A stretch of DNA of 64,000 bases from an uncultured bacterium (GCA_963827235.1 CAWHAE010000018.1:288001-352000); one strand, 5' to 3'; shown: positions 54,536 through 64,000, counted from the stretch's first letter. The notes: a model not told the origin generated them from the sequence alone. Made by a program: numbers and translations.

Positions 54536-57500
54536 TCAAGGCAGCTCTCCCAGGCCGGCGAGCACGCGGTAATCGAGCGCCTCGCGGACGGTCTGGGCGA
54601 ATACCAGGTAGCGCACCGTTCGCCGCACCGCTCGCGGCGCCACCGGCGCGCGCAGGGTCCCGAACAGGTGTGGGCCCATGCGCGCGAACTGTACCCCTGT
54701 CACTACGCCGTGCCCCGCCGTGCCCTGCACGAGGCAGGCAATGCCCTCGCCGCCCTCCGGCCGGCGCACGGCCACTGCCGCCCACCGCGCTTCGGGGGCA
54801 CTGAAGCTGTGCTCGGCCGCGTGCCGCCGCACGAGCTGCCCATCTCGGAGATAGAGCACGTCGCCGTTCGCCATGCCCCACGGCTTGAGGAACACGCTCA
54901 GCACCTCCTGCACGGGAAACGGCGCCGTGGTGGCGTTGGCAAGCTCTTGCACGATGGCGAGCACGGGCGCGCCGGGCAGCGTGAGATACTCGACTGCCTG
55001 CGTCAAGCCGTCGTAGCCCTCCTCCCGGCCCCGCTTGGTCACGCGCACTCCTCTCCACTCCACGCCCGATGCGCCCGACCTGATGACCACGTCAGCGGCG
55101 CCCTCGGCATCGTGCAGCGCGCCGGCATCGAGCGGAAACGACGGTAGTCCCGGGCGCCACCGCCTGATCGCCGGGTGGATGCCGCCGTACCAGGGACTGG
55201 TCCAGGAGAACGATCCGGGCATGGGGTAGGAGGCGGCCAGCGCGAGCTGCTGCACGTCGTCGAGCGACAGCTCGCTGATCGCGGCAGCATACCGCGCGTT
55301 CACGGCAAACCGGAGCCGCCCATTCGCCACCACCAAGCGCGAGCCGCCCGGATGAGCGTCCTCCGTCACGCTGGTCGCCGTGCCCGCCGCCAGCGAGAGC
55401 ACCGAGAAATCGCTCGTCACGTCCGTGAGCTGCCCGCGATACGTCAGCGAACCGGCGTGATAGAACGTTCCTGCCACGTCCCGGGACGCGGTCAGGGCCA
55501 GGCGCTGGTGGGTCGGGTTGCTCTCGTCGCTGCGCATGAAGTGGCTTTCCAGCGCCGCCCCCCAGCCGGGGCAGCTCACCTCCACCGTTCCGTGCTCCGT
55601 GAAGCTGTTGTGGTTGACCAGGGTGATGGCGCCGTGCGCCTGCCCGTCGCGAGCCAGCAGAACGGGCGGCGTGACGCGCACGGAGAGCGGCGAGCGCGCG
55701 GCGGGCATCTCCACCGGCGCCGTGGAGCCGAACAACCGCCTCCAGTGATGCCGCACATCCTTGGCGTCGACCTGGCCGGCCACGAGATAGGTCGGATCCA
55801 TGATCAGCTGTCCGCCGGGTGCAAGCACGTGCACCGGAGTCACCAGCGCGAATCCGCGCGGATCGGCCGGGGCCTGCTCGGCCATACCCGACCAGCACAG
55901 ACCGCCTCCCGGGCCATCCGGCTCGTGAAACGCCACCCAGCTTTCGGCGAAGCGCTCCGGTTCCCGGAGATACGGCTCCAGCCAGTCCGGAAACTCGTCG
56001 GCAGTCAGCCCGTCGACGGGCCCGTCGGCAAGCGGAATAGTGGCGCGGGCGCCGAGCAGCAGGTTGCGGGTCAGTGTGCGCACTGCCACCTCGATCGGCT
56101 TCGTGGAGGTGTTCTCCAGCGTGACCTCCGAGCGCACCAGGGGCGAGCTGTCGAGGCTGATCGTCCATCGCACGCGCAGGCCGGGCAACCGGCGGGAATA
56201 GCTCTCCAGGGTAAGCACCTGGCAACCGTTCTCCGCGTCCCAGGCCATCTGGAACGGCTGCCGATCGAGATCGCGCGGATGATACGGCGGCCCCACGAGG
56301 AGCTGATGCGTCAGGATCGGCCGTCCGGTGGCCACGTCCTCCAGGCTCACCTCGCCGCCCTTCAGTGCCGCCCACAGCCGCACCATGCCGTTCTCCGCGC
56401 GCAGGTAGCCCGAATCGCGCCCCGCCACCGGCGTGCCCATGCCCACGCCCAGGGCGGCAATCGGCTCGCTCTCGATCTGGCCGGCGCGGCCCTCGTAGGC
56501 GACCTGGATGGCCGGCGCGGTCTGGAAGGCGCCCGCGTACGCCGCGTTCAGCGTGCATCCCACTGCCTCCTGCCTTCCCGGCTCCATGCGTACGGCCTGC
56601 GCGGGCAGATCCACCGACAGTCCCTCCGGCGGCGGAAGCTGCAGCCAGGCCAGCCCCTCCTGGGTCGGCTCGACCGGCAGTGCTCCGGCCAGCAGCGTCA
56701 ACGGCTCGCCCAGGTTGTTAGTGAGCAGCAGGCGGATAGTCTGAGGCACACCCGGCGTGAGGCTGATGGTGTCGGGATCAGTGGCGACGCTTATCGCGGG
56801 CAACACGGGCACTGAGCCGCGCAGGAAAACGAACTGATCCCCGAGGGCAATCACGGCCTCGACAAAGGGAGTGGTGCCCGCGGCCGCGGTTCCTGCCCGC
56901 ACCGGCATCTGGATGTGCGCCGTCTCGTCCAGCTTGAGCCGGCGCTCGACGCCGCCCTCCAGCCCGATGCCGCGCGCCACTACCAGAGCGTCGATCGGTG
57001 CATGCCCCTTGTTGGTCAGGGTCACGTAGGCCGTACCCTGCCTTCCGCTGATCAGCACCGGGCTGTCGAACGACACGCCCGCGGCGAACTCGCCGGTCTC
57101 CAGCGCGGCTACGCCGTCGATCACGCGATCGACGAACACGGACAGCACGTCGTCGCCTTCCTCCCAGTGGTAATGGTAACCCCGCACGTTGCCGCGCACG
57201 TCGTCGTCAGGCACGACGGCCAGCGATCGCCGCAGCGTCTTGTACCAATCGTGGCGAGAGAAGAACGCAGCGCATTGCGCATACGTCTGCAGGAGAGGCA
57301 GGTAGTTCTCCATGCGCACCGCCGTATCGGGTCGCCAGAAGAAGCCGCACTTCTTGTAGAGCGGCACGGCGCGAAAGTTGCCGGACCAGGTGGAGAGATC
57401 CAGGCGCCGGTAGCGGCGGGCAACGGCCAGCTCGACGGCCCGTCGCACCAGGTCGCGACCCACCCCACGATTCCAGGCGCTGGGGTGCACGTTGACGAGA

Positions 57501-57742
57501 TCCAGCCAGGCCACGTCTCCGCGCTCGCTGTCCTCGTTGAGCTCGCAGTACGCGACAACCGTCTCGTCCTCCACTGCCAGGTAGATGGCCAGCGGATCGA
57601 GCTGGTGTATCTCGTCGAGCCAGAAGTCATCCGACGTGGGCACACGCGACCATCCGTCCGGCCAGCCGGCGCCGCTTTCGTTCCACATCTTGGCCACGGC
57701 TTCGGCATCGGACGGCGTGTACTCGCGGATCGAGATGCTCAC
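54536..57742 (-). CDS. Large (1068 aa) protein with an N-terminal GNAT acetyltransferase domain
   Basis: LVNVHPSAWNRGVGR, TWSGNFRAVPLYKKCGFFW, followed by about 900 aa of beta-rich sequence of unknown function. Confidence 0.85.
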   Translation of the reverse strand: MSISIREYTPSDAEAVAKMWNESGAGWPDGWSRVPTSDDFWLDEIHQLDPLAIYLAVEDETVVAYCELNEDSERGDVAWLDLVNVHPSAWNRGVGRDLVRRAVELAVARRYRRLDLSTWSGNFRAVPLYKKCGFFWRPDTAVRMENYLPLLQTYAQCAAFFSRHDWYKTLRRSLAVVPDDDVRGNVRGYHYHWEEGDDVLSVFVDRVIDGVAALETGEFAAGVSFDSPVLISGRQGTAYVTLTNKGHAPIDALVVARGIGLEGGVERRLKLDETAHIQMPVRAGTAAAGTTPFVEAVIALGDQFVFLRGSVPVLPAISVATDPDTISLTPGVPQTIRLLLTNNLGEPLTLLAGALPVEPTQEGLAWLQLPPPEGLSVDLPAQAVRMEPGRQEAVGCTLNAAYAGAFQTAPAIQVAYEGRAGQIESEPIAALGVGMGTPVAGRDSGYLRAENGMVRLWAALKGGEVSLEDVATGRPILTHQLLVGPPYHPRDLDRQPFQMAWDAENGCQVLTLESYSRRLPGLRVRWTISLDSSPLVRSEVTLENTSTKPIEVAVRTLTRNLLLGARATIPLADGPVDGLTADEFPDWLEPYLREPERFAESWVAFHEPDGPGGGLCWSGMAEQAPADPRGFALVTPVHVLAPGGQLIMDPTYLVAGQVDAKDVRHHWRRLFGSTAPVEMPAARSPLSVRVTPPVLLARDGQAHGAITLVNHNSFTEHGTVEVSCPGWGAALESHFMRSDESNPTHQRLALTASRDVAGTFYHAGSLTYRGQLTDVTSDFSVLSLAAGTATSVTEDAHPGGSRLVVANGRLRFAVNARYAAAISELSLDDVQQLALAASYPMPGSFSWTSPWYGGIHPAIRRWRPGLPSFPLDAGALHDAEGAADVVIRSGASGVEWRGVRVTKRGREEGYDGLTQAVEYLTLPGAPVLAIVQELANATTAPFPVQEVLSVFLKPWGMANGDVLYLRDGQLVRRHAAEHSFSAPEARWAAVAVRRPEGGEGIACLVQGTAGHGVVTGVQFARMGPHLFGTLRAPVAPRAVRRTVRYLVFAQTVREALDYRVLAGLGELP

Positions 57743-57861
57743 AGGCCACCCCCTGGCCCATTGTACCGTGGTCGCGGTAACCCAGCGGCCAGCATCGCGG
57801 AGGAGTGCCGGGCCGCGAAACGCAACACGCCTCTCTGGGGAGCGACGATTGCCGCCGCCCG

Positions 57862-59373
57862 TTACACGGGCCGATCTCGCCGGGTATGCTCAAGTCGCTG
57901 CCAGACCTGTACAGCCCGCTCCAGATCGCCCGCTCGTTCCGGCTGGTCGCCGTAGCGCACCGAGACGTAGGACGAAGTCAGCGCCGCGGCATCACGTTCC
58001 TCCATGGCGCCGGCCGGCGGGTCGGACATGATCCGCAGGCGTTCGAGATACTCGTGGGGTGTCTCGCAGGCCGCTCGCGGCACGCCCAGCGCCCTGCCGC
58101 GACGCAGCAGCCGGCGATAGACGCCGCGGATCGAGGTCGGCGGGCCATCGAGCGCGTCGCGGCCAGCCTGCCGAGACCGGCGCTGCAGAAAGGCACCGGC
58201 GCCGGACAGCAGCGCACGCAGATCGAGCCCTGCGTCCTGCCACGACCACACGGAGTCGCGCTCCTCTTCGAATTCCGCGCTCCTGACAGGTCGCCCGCCA
58301 AGGCCGGCAATCGCGCGACTGAGGGCGGCCGCGACGGCGGCCGTCGCCAGCGCCAGTCCGCCCCAGGTGAGCACCAGCACCAGTGCCTGCGGCAGGTGCG
58401 CGCCCGCCGAGCGACTGCTCCGCAGCGCCAGCCTGGGAGAATGCAGGCCCTGGGTCGCCGGGCTGCCTATCAGTCGCTTGTGCGGCTGGCCTGCCAGCGC
58501 GATCCACAGCCACTGCAGGAAATGCAGGATCCCCTCTGCGACGTACGCCACGACGAAGACGACGGGCTGCAGCACGAACAGCACGAGATCGGGCAGGCGG
58601 GCCAGACCATCGGCGGTCGCCCTCAGCAGCGTGCCCGACACGGTAGCGGAGAGAAGCAGCGCCAGCAGCAAGATCACCGCGGCGGACGCGACCACCGGCG
58701 TAAGCCAACTCCGGTCGAGGGCAGGTATCCACGCGGCAGTGGCGCTGCCGCGCTTGCGCGCCGAGATGATCTGCGCAAAGGGCAGCGTGAGGAACGCCGC
58801 GACGAAGAAGACGGCGGTGGCAGAGCCCGTGAGATAGGACGATGGTCCGTGGCTGCTGGCCAGCGCAGCGCCTGCAAGACCGGCGAAGAGACCGGCCACC
58901 CCCCAACCGAACAGGCGATACGCCTCGTATTCATCTAGCTCCGAGGTGCCAATGCGCCCTCCCGCCCACCAAAGGGCCAGCACCGGCGCCACGCTGCCCA
59001 GTATCGCGCCATACCGGCGCGCCGCCGGCGGCGCCAACCAAAGCTGAGCCGGCCAGCGCGGATCGAGCGCAAACCAACCGTGAAAGTACTGCGCCCAGAC
59101 CGCGATCAAGGTCACGAGCACGGCGCTCAGCGCGAAGAGTGCGCGCGACCACCGTTCGCCGAGCGGCCGCGCCGCGAGCCAACTGCACAGACCCGCGCCG
59201 GCAAACAGGATCACCCCTTGCGCGGGCTCGCCCGGTTCCGGGCCGGTGCCGGCAAGGCCGAGCAGATTGGTCCACACTGCCAGCCATGCCGCCGTCATCG
59301 TGCCGCTGACCACGACCAGCAGCAGGCGCGACCAGTCTCGGGTCCGCGCGCCCGGCGCCCATCTGAGACTCAT
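57862..59373 (-). CDS. Polytopic membrane protein with a C-terminal DUF4129 domain
   Basis: Multiple TM helices; IRGVYRRLL...G.PR...ETPHEY..RL, LTSSY..VRYG; ATG 59373 overlaps the DUF58 stop. Confidence 0.8.
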   Translation of the reverse strand: MSLRWAPGARTRDWSRLLLVVVSGTMTAAWLAVWTNLLGLAGTGPEPGEPAQGVILFAGAGLCSWLAARPLGERWSRALFALSAVLVTLIAVWAQYFHGWFALDPRWPAQLWLAPPAARRYGAILGSVAPVLALWWAGGRIGTSELDEYEAYRLFGWGVAGLFAGLAGAALASSHGPSSYLTGSATAVFFVAAFLTLPFAQIISARKRGSATAAWIPALDRSWLTPVVASAAVILLLALLLSATVSGTLLRATADGLARLPDLVLFVLQPVVFVVAYVAEGILHFLQWLWIALAGQPHKRLIGSPATQGLHSPRLALRSSRSAGAHLPQALVLVLTWGGLALATAAVAAALSRAIAGLGGRPVRSAEFEEERDSVWSWQDAGLDLRALLSGAGAFLQRRSRQAGRDALDGPPTSIRGVYRRLLRRGRALGVPRAACETPHEYLERLRIMSDPPAGAMEERDAAALTSSYVSVRYGDQPERAGDLERAVQVWQRLEHTRRDRPV

Positions 59374-60659
59374 CCAGGAGTGTCCTCCACCTGCGCCCTG
59401 CCGGCCAGGCGAAACGATCGCAGCCGGCGCCAGCGGGTCTCGTCGCCGATCCAGTGGCTCGGCAGGCCCGGCGGCGTGGATGTGCCGCGCAGACTCTCGC
59501 CGAGCAACACGAATACGGCCGGGTGGCCCGCGGCGCGGTAACCACGGGCACACTCTACGATCTGGTCGTCGAGCACGCCGGTGATCAGCACTACGGTCGC
59601 GCCGGCCGGAACACGCCGGCGCTCTGCTTCCAGCAGGTGCGCGTAGGGCCCAACCATCAACGGCGAGATGCCGGCCAGAGCGGTAAGCAGCACGGTGAGC
59701 TGCCGCGGCGCCCGGCTGGGCGCAATGCGAATGCCGCCCCGCGTGTGGCGCAGCAGGCCGTTGGCCGCCAGCCCACACTGGTAGCCCTGCGCCGTCAGAT
59801 GCGTAGCCACCGAGGCGGCGGCGCAGATTGCCAGCTCCAGCAGCTCCGAGCGGCTGCCGTACCACGAATCGGGCGTCGTTCTCAGGTTCAACAAGAGCAT
59901 TGCGCGCCGGGTGGCGCTTGGATCGTACGTCTTTACCTGGAGCACGCCCAGTCTTGCGCTCGCCTTCCAATGGATCTGCCGCACGCTGTCACCCAGCGAG
60001 TAGGGACGAACGCCGGCCATGCGCAACGGATCGCCGTACAGTCGGTCGGTGCTGCGCTCCTCACCCAGGGGAAATCGCGACGGCAGGTCGAGCGCCTCGA
60101 CGGGCACGACAAGGGGATACACCAGCACAGTATCGCAGCCGTCAAGTTCGGCTTTGCGCCGCGCCAGGCCGAACAGGTCGCCGGAGCGCAGCTCCGCCGG
60201 CCCGAACCTGTGCTCGCCTCGCTCCGCGCAGTGGAAGTGGTAGCGGCGCGTGACACGCTCGTACCAGCGCAGCGAAAGCACGTTCGGGAGGATGGCTCGC
60301 TGCACTTTCCAGGAAGCACGCAGGTCGCCGCGCACGAGAGTCATGGCCTTCGGCACTTCATCGTCAATCTCCAGCCATGCCAGCGGCAGCGGCTTGCGGT
60401 TGACGATCGTAACCGTCATCGTCACCTCCGCGCCGAACGCGACGGCCTTGCCGGCGAAGTCTCGCCGGTATTCCAGGCCGTCCAGGCAGTAGCGCCCCCA
60501 CAGCCACGACAGCGAAAGGGCCAGCAGTAGCAGCATGCCGGCGAAGAAGATCACCACCTGCTGGAGCACGATGCTGGCCAGGGCGACGGCGACCAGCACG
60601 ACCAGCCAGCGCGGACTGATCAGGTAGTCCACGTCCAGCCGCGCGATGCTACGGCCCAT
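59370..60659 (-). CDS. DUF58 domain protein (membrane-anchored)
   Basis: NRKPLPL.WL, RG...FGP..L.SGD.FG, GVRPYSLGDSVRQIHWKASAR. Confidence 0.9.
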   Translation of the reverse strand: MGRSIARLDVDYLISPRWLVVLVAVALASIVLQQVVIFFAGMLLLLALSLSWLWGRYCLDGLEYRRDFAGKAVAFGAEVTMTVTIVNRKPLPLAWLEIDDEVPKAMTLVRGDLRASWKVQRAILPNVLSLRWYERVTRRYHFHCAERGEHRFGPAELRSGDLFGLARRKAELDGCDTVLVYPLVVPVEALDLPSRFPLGEERSTDRLYGDPLRMAGVRPYSLGDSVRQIHWKASARLGVLQVKTYDPSATRRAMLLLNLRTTPDSWYGSRSELLELAICAAASVATHLTAQGYQCGLAANGLLRHTRGGIRIAPSRAPRQLTVLLTALAGISPLMVGPYAHLLEAERRRVPAGATVVLITGVLDDQIVECARGYRAAGHPAVFVLLGESLRGTSTPPGLPSHWIGDETRWRRLRSFRLAGRAQVEDTPG

Positions 60660-61656
60660 CGCCTTCGGACTCCACCGGGACCTCCACATTCTGCAGACAC
60701 GCCGCCACGATGGCCTCGGGTCCGCCGCCCTGTAGCTGCGCGGCTGGGGCGAGGATCAGGCGGTGCTCGAGCACCGGCCGCGCCAGAGCTTTGATATCGT
60801 CGGGCAGCACGAAGGCACGGCCCTGGAGCGCCGCGCGGGCACGGGCGGTGCTCGCAAGGGCCAGCGTTGCCCGAGGACTGGCACCCAGCTCAACGTCGGC
60901 ATGCGCACGAGTAGCGCGAACCAGGCGCACGGCGTAGTCGAGCACGGCATCGCTCAGGTGTATTTGCTGGACCTGCGCCATGAGCGGCGCGAGGGCAGCG
61001 GCCTCCAGGCTTGGTCGCAGCTCAGCCAGCGGCTCGCGGCCGCTGAAACGGCGCACGATTGCTGCTTCCTCCTCCTGGCTGGGGTAGCCCAGGCGCAGCT
61101 TCAGCAGGAAGCGGTCGAGTTGCGCCTCGGGCAGAGGATAGGTGCCTTCCAGCTCCACCGGATTCTGCGTGGCAAGCACCAGGAAGGGGCGCGGCAGCAG
61201 GCGGGTCTCGCCCTCCGCCGTTACCTGCCGCTCTTCCATAGCTTCCAGCAGGGCCGATTGGGTACGTGGCGTGGCGCGATTGATCTCGTCCGCCAGCAGT
61301 ACGTTTGCGAACACCGGGCCGGGACGATACTCAAACTCGGTCGACTTCTGGTTGAATACCGCCACGCCGGTAACGTCCGAGGGAAGCAGGTCGGGCGTGC
61401 ATTGGATGCGGCGGAAGGTACAACCGAGGCTGCGCGCCAGGCTCTTGGCAAGCATGGTCTTGCCTACGCCGGGCACATCCTCGAGCAGCACGTGCCCTTC
61501 ACAGAGCAGAGCAACAAGCAGCAGATCGATCGTGGCTTCCTTGCCCACGATCACGCGCGAGACGCTCTCGCGCACCGGGGCCAGGGCCCGGACAAGCCCG
61601 GAATCGAGGACGCTCACCTTCCGCAGATCCTCGATCACGTCTTTACTGCTCTCCAT
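60649..61656 (-). CDS. moxR: MoxR family AAA+ ATPase
   Basis: HVLLEDVPGVGKT, RIQCTPDLLPSD, DEINRATPRTQSALLE, ATQNP, LPEAQLDRF, GASPR; start uncertain. Confidence 0.95.
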   Translation of the reverse strand: MESSKDVIEDLRKVSVLDSGLVRALAPVRESVSRVIVGKEATIDLLLVALLCEGHVLLEDVPGVGKTMLAKSLARSLGCTFRRIQCTPDLLPSDVTGVAVFNQKSTEFEYRPGPVFANVLLADEINRATPRTQSALLEAMEERQVTAEGETRLLPRPFLVLATQNPVELEGTYPLPEAQLDRFLLKLRLGYPSQEEEAAIVRRFSGREPLAELRPSLEAAALAPLMAQVQQIHLSDAVLDYAVRLVRATRAHADVELGASPRATLALASTARARAALQGRAFVLPDDIKALARPVLEHRLILAPAAQLQGGGPEAIVAACLQNVEVPVESEGDGP

Positions 61657-61659
61657 AGA

Positions 61660-61915
61660 ACAAGAAAGCCCCTGACCTGGGCGCAGGTGCCAGACGGAAG
61701 CCGGCAGGCTAAGGGCAAGCCAAGCCCGGGCCCCACAGTGCAGCGAAGGCGCACTCGATGCGCCAGGATTCATCCCGGGGAGTCTCCGGGTCCCCGCTCG
61801 CGGGTGCCGCCAGGCGCGGGGCTCACTCCGCCCAAGCGGGTTCCACCTTGGTTTGGGTATAGTCTCAGGCCGCTCATGACGAGCTTCACGACAGCGGCGC
61901 CCAGCCTCTTCGCCT
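61660..61915 (-). ncRNA. Candidate structured RNA (unassigned family) upstream of moxR
   Basis: Nested long-range helices with G-U pairs only on the minus strand, three apical hairpins and a U-rich 3' end. Confidence 0.4.
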
Positions 61916-62058
61916 CAACAGTACAGCCGCGAGCTGGCACCGTCAACGAGGTCGCGCCGGCGGCAGGGGAGATTCAGCGACCTCGCTCTCGCGGCCTCGA
62001 TATCCTCGTCGTCTTGCCCCGGCATACTCGCCGGCCGGAAACAGGACCGTGCGACGCA

Positions 62059-62113
62059 CTTGACTGAACGTTCAATCAAGCGTAGAATCGCCTTGATTGA
62101 ACGTTCAGTCGAG
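62059..62113 (+). promoter_or_regulatory. Promoter with twin TetR-type operators
   Basis: TTGACT (62060-62065), 17 nt, TAGAAT (62083-62088); palindromes CTTGACTGAACGTTCAATCAAG (62059-62080) and CTTGATTGAACGTTCAGTCGAG (62092-62113). Confidence 0.8.
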
Positions 62114-62121
62114 GTGGGACA

Positions 62122-62757
62122 ATGGCAGAGGATACGGACCGGCGTGGACAGATTCTCGGCGCTGCCTTCGACCAGTTCGCGGAGCACGGCTTCCGCGGCG
62201 CCACGATCAAGGGAATCGCCAAAGCTGCCGGACTGCAGTCGGCCGCCCTCATCTACTGGTATTTCCCCACGAAAGAGGCGCTGTTCCAGAGCGTCATCGA
62301 GCGGAATCTGCCCTTTCTGCAGCTCATGACCGATCCGGCGCCGCTTCTGGATCGCCCGCCCCAGGAAGCACTGCCGATCATCGCGCGCACCTACCTCGCC
62401 AGCTTCGAACGGCCGCTGGCGCGTCGCCTGGCGCGCCTGATCCTTCCGGAGATGCTGCACCGGCCGGAGCTGGCAGAGGCTATCGCCGGTCGCTTCGTGG
62501 GGCGCGTGCTTGGTTTTCTTTCGACGTACCTGTCACACCAGGTCAGCCTCAACCGGCTTCGCCCCCACGACGTGCGCTCGAGCGCGCGCGTCTTTATCGG
62601 CATGCTGGCGCCGCAGGCGCTGCTGACCGTGGCACTGCCCTCGATAGCGAAAACAGATGGTCTGACGAACGAGGAGCACATTTCGACGGCGGTCCGGATC
62701 TTCCTCGACGGTCTCTCGACCGACAATGGGAACGACCAGGGGCCGCGCGCCGGGTAG
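62122..62757 (+). CDS. TetR/AcrR family transcriptional regulator
   Basis: QILGAAFDQFAEHGFRGATIKGIAKAAG...IYWYFPTKEALF. Confidence 0.93.
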   Translation: MAEDTDRRGQILGAAFDQFAEHGFRGATIKGIAKAAGLQSAALIYWYFPTKEALFQSVIERNLPFLQLMTDPAPLLDRPPQEALPIIARTYLASFERPLARRLARLILPEMLHRPELAEAIAGRFVGRVLGFLSTYLSHQVSLNRLRPHDVRSSARVFIGMLAPQALLTVALPSIAKTDGLTNEEHISTAVRIFLDGLSTDNGNDQGPRAG

Positions 62758-62763
62758 GAGCAC

Positions 62764-63636
62764 ATGATGGCTGAGCACGCGATCACGGTTCAGGAGGTGA
62801 CCAAACACTACGGCTCCCTCCACGCGCTGGGCGGCATTAGCCTCGACGTGCCGAGAGGGCTGTTGTTCGGCCTGCTGGGACCGAACGGTGCCGGAAAGTC
62901 GACCCTGATCAAGGCGCTGGTCGGCGCTCTGCGCCCCACGGCAGGCGCGATCCGGGTGCTCGGACTGGATCCCATGCGCAACCGCTCCGCGCTCCGCGAG
63001 CAGATCGGCTACATGCCCCAATCCACCGCCCTGTACCAGGACCTCTCCGCACGCGACAACGTCGCCTTCTTCGGCAAGGCGCACCGCACGCTCGATCTGA
63101 ACCGCCGGGTCGACGAGGTTCTGACCCTCACCGAACTGTCGGGCCGCACAGACGAGCCCGTGCGCCAGTTCTCGGGCGGCATGCAGCGCCGGGTGTCCCT
63201 GGCATCGGCCATCGTGCACCAGCCGCCGATGATCTTCCTGGACGAGCCCACCGCCGCCGTCGATCCGGCTCTGCGGGCCCGCTTCTGGCAGAAGTTTCGC
63301 GACTTTGCCTCGCAGGGCACCACGCTGTTCATCAGCACGCACCTGATGGATGAAGCGATGCTCTGCGACCGCGTGGCGGTGATCCGGCGCGGCAAGCTCA
63401 TCGCCTGCGCGCCGCCGCGTGAGCTTCTGGCCCAGGGCACCACGCGCCTCACCGTCGTGCGGAGCGGTCGGGAAGTCCGCAGCACGATCGGCAGCAAACC
63501 GGAAGATCTGGCCGGCGCGCTCTATCCCTGTGGCCTGGCGCCGGACGTGGAGGCGATTGACGTAGACCCCGATTCCCTGGAGGCGGTGCTGCTCCGCCTG
63601 TTCGACCGGCAGGATGATGGAGGGCCCGACCAATGA
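62764..63636 (+). CDS. ABC-2 type exporter ATP-binding protein
   Basis: GPNGAGKST, FSGGMQRR, FLDEPT, STH.MDEA. Confidence 0.94.
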   Translation: MMAEHAITVQEVTKHYGSLHALGGISLDVPRGLLFGLLGPNGAGKSTLIKALVGALRPTAGAIRVLGLDPMRNRSALREQIGYMPQSTALYQDLSARDNVAFFGKAHRTLDLNRRVDEVLTLTELSGRTDEPVRQFSGGMQRRVSLASAIVHQPPMIFLDEPTAAVDPALRARFWQKFRDFASQGTTLFISTHLMDEAMLCDRVAVIRRGKLIACAPPRELLAQGTTRLTVVRSGREVRSTIGSKPEDLAGALYPCGLAPDVEAIDVDPDSLEAVLLRLFDRQDDGGPDQ

Positions 63637-64000
63637 GACGAACCGTCGTCGTCGCCGCCCGCGTCCTCAAGCAATTGGCCCACGATCGCCGCCTGCTCCT
63701 GCTGTCTATCCTGGCGCCGCTGATCATCGTGTACTTCTTCAAGCTATTCTTCGATACCATGCCGCCCGGTTTTCCCGTCGCGCGCTACGCGATGCCCATC
63801 GACGCCTTTTTGGTCCACTTTCTTGCCTTCCTCCTCTGCGCGCTCGTCCTCGTGCAAGAGCGTACCGGCGGCACCCTGGAGCGCATGTTCATCAACGGCT
63901 ATCGTCGTGAGGAAGTGATCGGCGGCTACGTGCTGGGCTATCTGGGCCTGGCAACGCTGCAGGCCCTCGTGGCCCTGGTGGAGGCAGTCCTGCTCTTCAA
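63633..64000 (+). CDS. ABC-2 type exporter permease (truncated by the window end)
   Basis: ATG 63633 overlaps the ATPase stop; MRRTVVVAARVLKQLAHDRR..., ERTGGTLERM; hydrophobic and open to the window end. Confidence 0.85.
   Translation, partial: MRRTVVVAARVLKQLAHDRRLLLLSILAPLIIVYFFKLFFDTMPPGFPVARYAMPIDAFLVHFLAFLLCALVLVQERTGGTLERMFINGYRREEVIGGYVLGYLGLATLQALVALVEAVLLF

Noticed and set aside
61835-61852. AAGGTGGAACC on the minus strand as a T-box antiterminator
   Set aside because: No specifier stem with AG/GNUG boxes is evident, the downstream gene is not amino-acid related, and the segment is better explained as part of a long helix.

Overview
A GC-rich bacterial chromosomal segment with about 50 supportable genes and no rRNA, tRNA, CRISPR array, integrase or transposase. 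Gene content suggests a monoderm soil lineage such as Chloroflexota or a relative (remA-gmk synteny, Bacillota-type CheY/CheX, actinobacterial-type mycoredoxin and CGNR proteins); this is inference. Housekeeping genes: mutY, glpK, moeA, a moaD-moaE fusion, citrate synthase, remA-gmk and bcp. Signalling: orphan CheY-CheX, two histidine kinases, an OmpR-type regulator and a 4xGAF-GGDEF-HD-GYP protein. Envelope and transport: pbpC with a frameshifted alpha-2-macroglobulin, a peptide ABC importer lacking its ATPase, and a TetR-ABC-2 exporter. Two convergent MoxR/DUF58 operons fill 45-62 kb. Best leads: (1) a solitary dynamin-like GTPase beside a ubiquitin-fold MoaD-MoaE fusion and a GIDE-domain (MUL1/MAPL-like) membrane protein; (2) an unannotated, roughly 250-nt, highly structured RNA candidate directly upstream of the second moxR operon; (3) a zinc-finger protein fused to an apparently inactive Mrr nuclease domain; (4) a secreted zincin-like protein with HExxH changed to HExxK; (5) several clear operator palindromes and leaderless promoters. 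All family calls come from motif recognition by eye, not database searches.
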